Part shown: piece after piece, positions 62,501-64,000 of the stretch
Layout of the letters: each line of letters starts with the position of its first letter
Position numbering within the stretch: the stretch's first letter is position 1
NCBI GenBank assembly: GCA_043228905.1
Contig: JBHGNT010000021.1
Span: 11,222,001-11,286,000 of the forward strand
Length of the DNA: 64,000 bases
Source: Azolla caroliniana
Lineage: Eukaryota > Plantae > Polypodiophyta
Direction of reading: 5' to 3'
Program-made: the position numbers and the translations under genes
The notes under the pieces: generated by a model
Told to the model about the DNA's origin: nothing
The model's database searches: none
What the model saw: the letters and a program-made list of their open reading frames with translations, nothing else

Positions 62501-62582
62501 ATCGGACGTCGGAGACGGCACAGGCAAAACAACACTTGAAACCTCGGAGCGGAGTTTGCCTGATAATTTGGAGGAAGACTGA
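59445..62582 (+). CDS. ORF2: large retrotransposon accessory protein (N-terminal globular domain, disordered linker, long coiled coil, acidic tail); function unknown; probable start ATG 59682
   Basis: 1045-codon open frame inside the LTR pair; homologues in T1 and T0; E/K/R/Q-rich heptad region; no obvious hydrophobic transmembrane stretch. Confidence 0.9.
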   Translation: MLFKAEHVQPSKLKSDMLIMAGDARKSGKGGWRETPLYKGRTGEGFTFYEFSHKQTQARRAEHLHPDLRPQAAADEEEAMALSDGARQWLTENGLGGLLRVADAPPHKEPEQAATAVDLAEVTEGAVQALTGISEGGLQTIELPSSQIFFEYFGEYSLSSKAYRTQGGENLLFREVARTLMEYGFVNPRPAAIAKYRAAIVIATFEGLQVDWLHFITEGLKEAIKHLVEGKKPWAGISQWLTVLVPPVSPIKHKQRSRQETTPKQTMKRRRILEKHTPGWTQEEEAPPEEGSSRQPRKEGSSRQPREEDSSRQQREEDSSRQQQKQQQQPTTKKKKAEKGKEKVAKKTSKRQTDTEPVTLESEPVPVKEPIVAPTEDAETEEDSSEPMLILPPRQGKEKRATRPTPTADETQQRAKEPPPVTGTEATQDEGSSAPKTAVPERTAAEFEEQRKEQAPEQEKRPEKQPEKQPELGTPADTNEGRTKAQWLRWLSGQLSGVADQMEKEEEQREEVTRTMTKDMVMLRAQLHELQEEIAQAKEGSRQAQDGTEPVGTSEKQAEPQTEKALQTGPETEKLITTLKEELQAQEALRDNEREQRKLVEDDRRRMEEGLRRSKATNDRLQEENGTLQKEKDRLRRRMEQEIERLREELRQQKDRDDQLRAQANRRLKQKTEEFDRLCKDYKQATSDIKNQAATYDRQMEKLKEQLKENRLELSKAREEVSAEKTLTSEQRKEMEVLRQKVGELTKSRNEEKVKLTFEINKWRSTCDKQKVDSEAQAQLMADIIKRIRKEKQAASEQAKAGVDRIKFIMSSWSTRAQASINESTEKLWKEWAQQAAELQILRADAENRKKNGDGFYKMDEESIVNIREELSEDFYALAEEHLKEIRGLVERLDDGQLETQLELEGYEKDRLRQEAEGHTTPISISEGERPAEEDPTNNVPEEELPEQEQVDAGDDAEWRQRSTESGEERTQPVETGESDTGNGTEVEQDRPGQDTEETPVPPVQAESEQQDAKRQPIQSDVGDGTGKTTLETSERSLPDNLEED

Positions 62583-62632
62583 AGCCGGCTGTGGGTTCGA
62601 AGTGCAATGCACTTTCCCACGGGCGTGCCATG

Positions 62633-63003
62633 TGTTGGCCGGTCAGAGAAGGCAAATGGGAAAGCAAGGTCGGATAGGATAAATATAGAAATAGGAATAG
62701 AATTATTAGGAGGGACGGATCCGGTAGTTGTAACCGATCCGGATCCGAACCGATTCGGTTTCGGTTAACGGTTGCCTACCGAGCACCGATTGTAATCTGG
62801 CCGGATGCCTATAAAAGGATCCGATGTTTTGTAATGAAAGCGCGAAGAATTAATATAGTTTTGCTTATGCTGATTAATCTTGTCTTCGTCTGTGCTTAAG
62901 TGTAATTATCATACGCGTGTATTAACATCCTATCCCTACCACCCCTTTGGAGAAGTGTCGGATAGACACCTGTGTTGCGGCTAGTCCAGCCATACATACA
63001 ACA
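62633..63003 (+). repeat. 3' LTR of T2
   Basis: Direct repeat of 53174-53544, followed by TSD ACTAT. Confidence 0.97.
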
Positions 63004-63305
63004 ACTATAAAAGAGGAGGGGAAAAAGATGAAAGGGTAATGTAAAATTTTTGGGAGCTTTGTACTTGATAGGAAAATTAAAATTAAAAGTAAGAAATTCG
63101 TTATCCAATTGATGATATATCTTGTCTCTCAAAATCTCTCTCACAATCTAAAATCAAGTGTTCTATCTTATCTCGATCTCTCCCTTTCAATATATCTTAA
63201 ATCCTTTCTCACTAAAGCTAGCGCCAACTTCGAGTGCTTCCGGTCCAGAACCTCGGCGGTTCCGCCTCATGATCCGCGCGTAGTGACAGACGAATCTTCA
63301 CGACA

Positions 63306-64000
63306 CCAGAATCGACGAACCATACGTCTTCTGGACCGGAGGCACTAGTGGAAGTAGAGGCCGACATAGAATTCGCTCTATGTCTCATCACGAACATTCC
63401 GATGCGATCATCATAATCGGAGTTGATGGCGTAATTGGTGAGTTGTCGGCTAGTGGAAGCCGATTCACGTATCTTCTTACGGCATTCTTCTTCGTGGTGA
63501 CCGATTTTTCCGCAATATCCGCATTCGACCGAGCTTTGTCGGTTCGGACCGGAATGGAAGCTCCCCCTTCTTCCGAAGGTTCCTCGATAGCTTCCATCTT
63601 GATGCCGAAATTGCAAGTTGTTTTCGTAAATTGGCCCTTGTCCATCTCGTCCTTGGCCGAATCTGCCTCTTCTTGCACGGTCGCGTCCTCTTCCTCTGTC
63701 CAAATGCGTGTAGAGCATTTGGCCTTCTGAGGCATTGTTCCTTGTTCGAACATGATTCTCTTCAACCAACAACATGGATTGAAGATCAAAGAAGGAGGGC
63801 AGATTCTCCCGTGCTAGTACGGCGGTCCGCATCGCACCGAATCGTGGTGCAAGGCCGTCGAGGCATATTTGCACCATCTCATCATCATCCACATTGGCGC
63901 TTATCAAGCCGAGCGAGTCGCAAAGCTCCTTGATCTTCAAGGTGTAGGTTGTAATGAACATATCCCGTTGTTGAATGTTATTCAATTCTTGGCAGAGTTG
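63306..64000 (-). pseudogene. copia-E gag and protease N-terminus (continues off the right edge)
   Basis: PSFFDLQSMLLVEEN, CGYCGKIGHHEEEC, VWFVDSG. Confidence 0.92.

Larger units (their letters stand above)
53174..63003 (+). mobile_element. Young full-length Ty3/gypsy non-chromovirus (Athila/Tat-type) element T2 with 3' extra ORF
   Basis: 371-bp LTRs 53174-53544 and 62633-63003 differing at about 2 positions by eye; TSD ACTAT (53169-53173 / 63004-63008); two long open ORFs. Confidence 0.97.
52101..63305. mobile_element. ~1.37-kb non-coding insertion with 13-bp inverted termini TGTCRTGAAGATT (solo-LTR- or MITE-like, Y/N1 family ends), itself split by T2
   Basis: Left end TGTCATGAAGATT (52101), right end AATCTTCACGACA (63305); 4-bp TSD CCGG / CCAG inside the copia-E protease DSG codons. 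Confidence 0.8.
35951..64000 (-). mobile_element. Host Ty1/copia element copia-E, split by three insertions (segments 35951-37746, 44567-45256, 50885-52100, 63306-64000+)
   Basis: Removing each insertion and one TSD copy rejoins the element, e.g. ...TVIAL|[13 protein letters not shown] and WFVDSG|ALNHMTS; 3' LTR ~35951-36411 with PPT 36412-36423. Confidence 0.88.

Noticed and set aside
59445-62582. ORF2 as a captured host SMC/myosin gene or a true Env
   Set aside because: The resemblance is only coiled-coil composition; no Walker motifs, signal peptide or transmembrane segment are visible, and it is a stable part of three element copies

Overview
This window holds no recognisable host gene. 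It is a deeply nested pile of plant LTR retrotransposons, most likely heterochromatin of a non-seed plant such as a bryophyte (inference from element types). Four groups are present. (1) Ty1/copia elements with tRNA-iMet PBS and an MDRGM...EKL.R.NYASW Gag start: a fragment at 1-1372, copia-A 1408-~6310, copia-B 45257-50884, and the related host copia-E, which runs on the minus strand from beyond 64000 to 35951 and is split by three insertions. (2) Tnt1/Tork-like copia elements C (26819-32111) and D (~33155-35670). (3) A fungal-like (Ylt1-resembling) Ty3/gypsy family with tRNA-Trp PBS, 4-bp CpG-centred target sites and a -1 frameshift pseudoknot between protease and RT: Y1 7466-17694, Y2 17695-23668, a Gag-only non-autonomous partner N1 7559-12184, and a TIR-bounded derivative 52101-63305. 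(4) An Athila/Tat-type non-chromovirus gypsy family with a large second sense ORF after pol: young full-length T2 53174-63003, decayed T1 38238-44566 and ancient T0 relics at 6309-7465 and 23669-32353. The main points of interest are the conserved ~1000-aa ORF2 with its own putative promoter, an in-frame RT deletion in T2 that looks like a spliced-out intron, the covarying frameshift pseudoknot, CpG-centred targeting, one insertion with two unrelated LTRs inside a perfect TSD, duplicated PPTs in the copia family, and a hairpin where the T-family PPT should be. Family names are assigned from motifs by eye, not from database searches.
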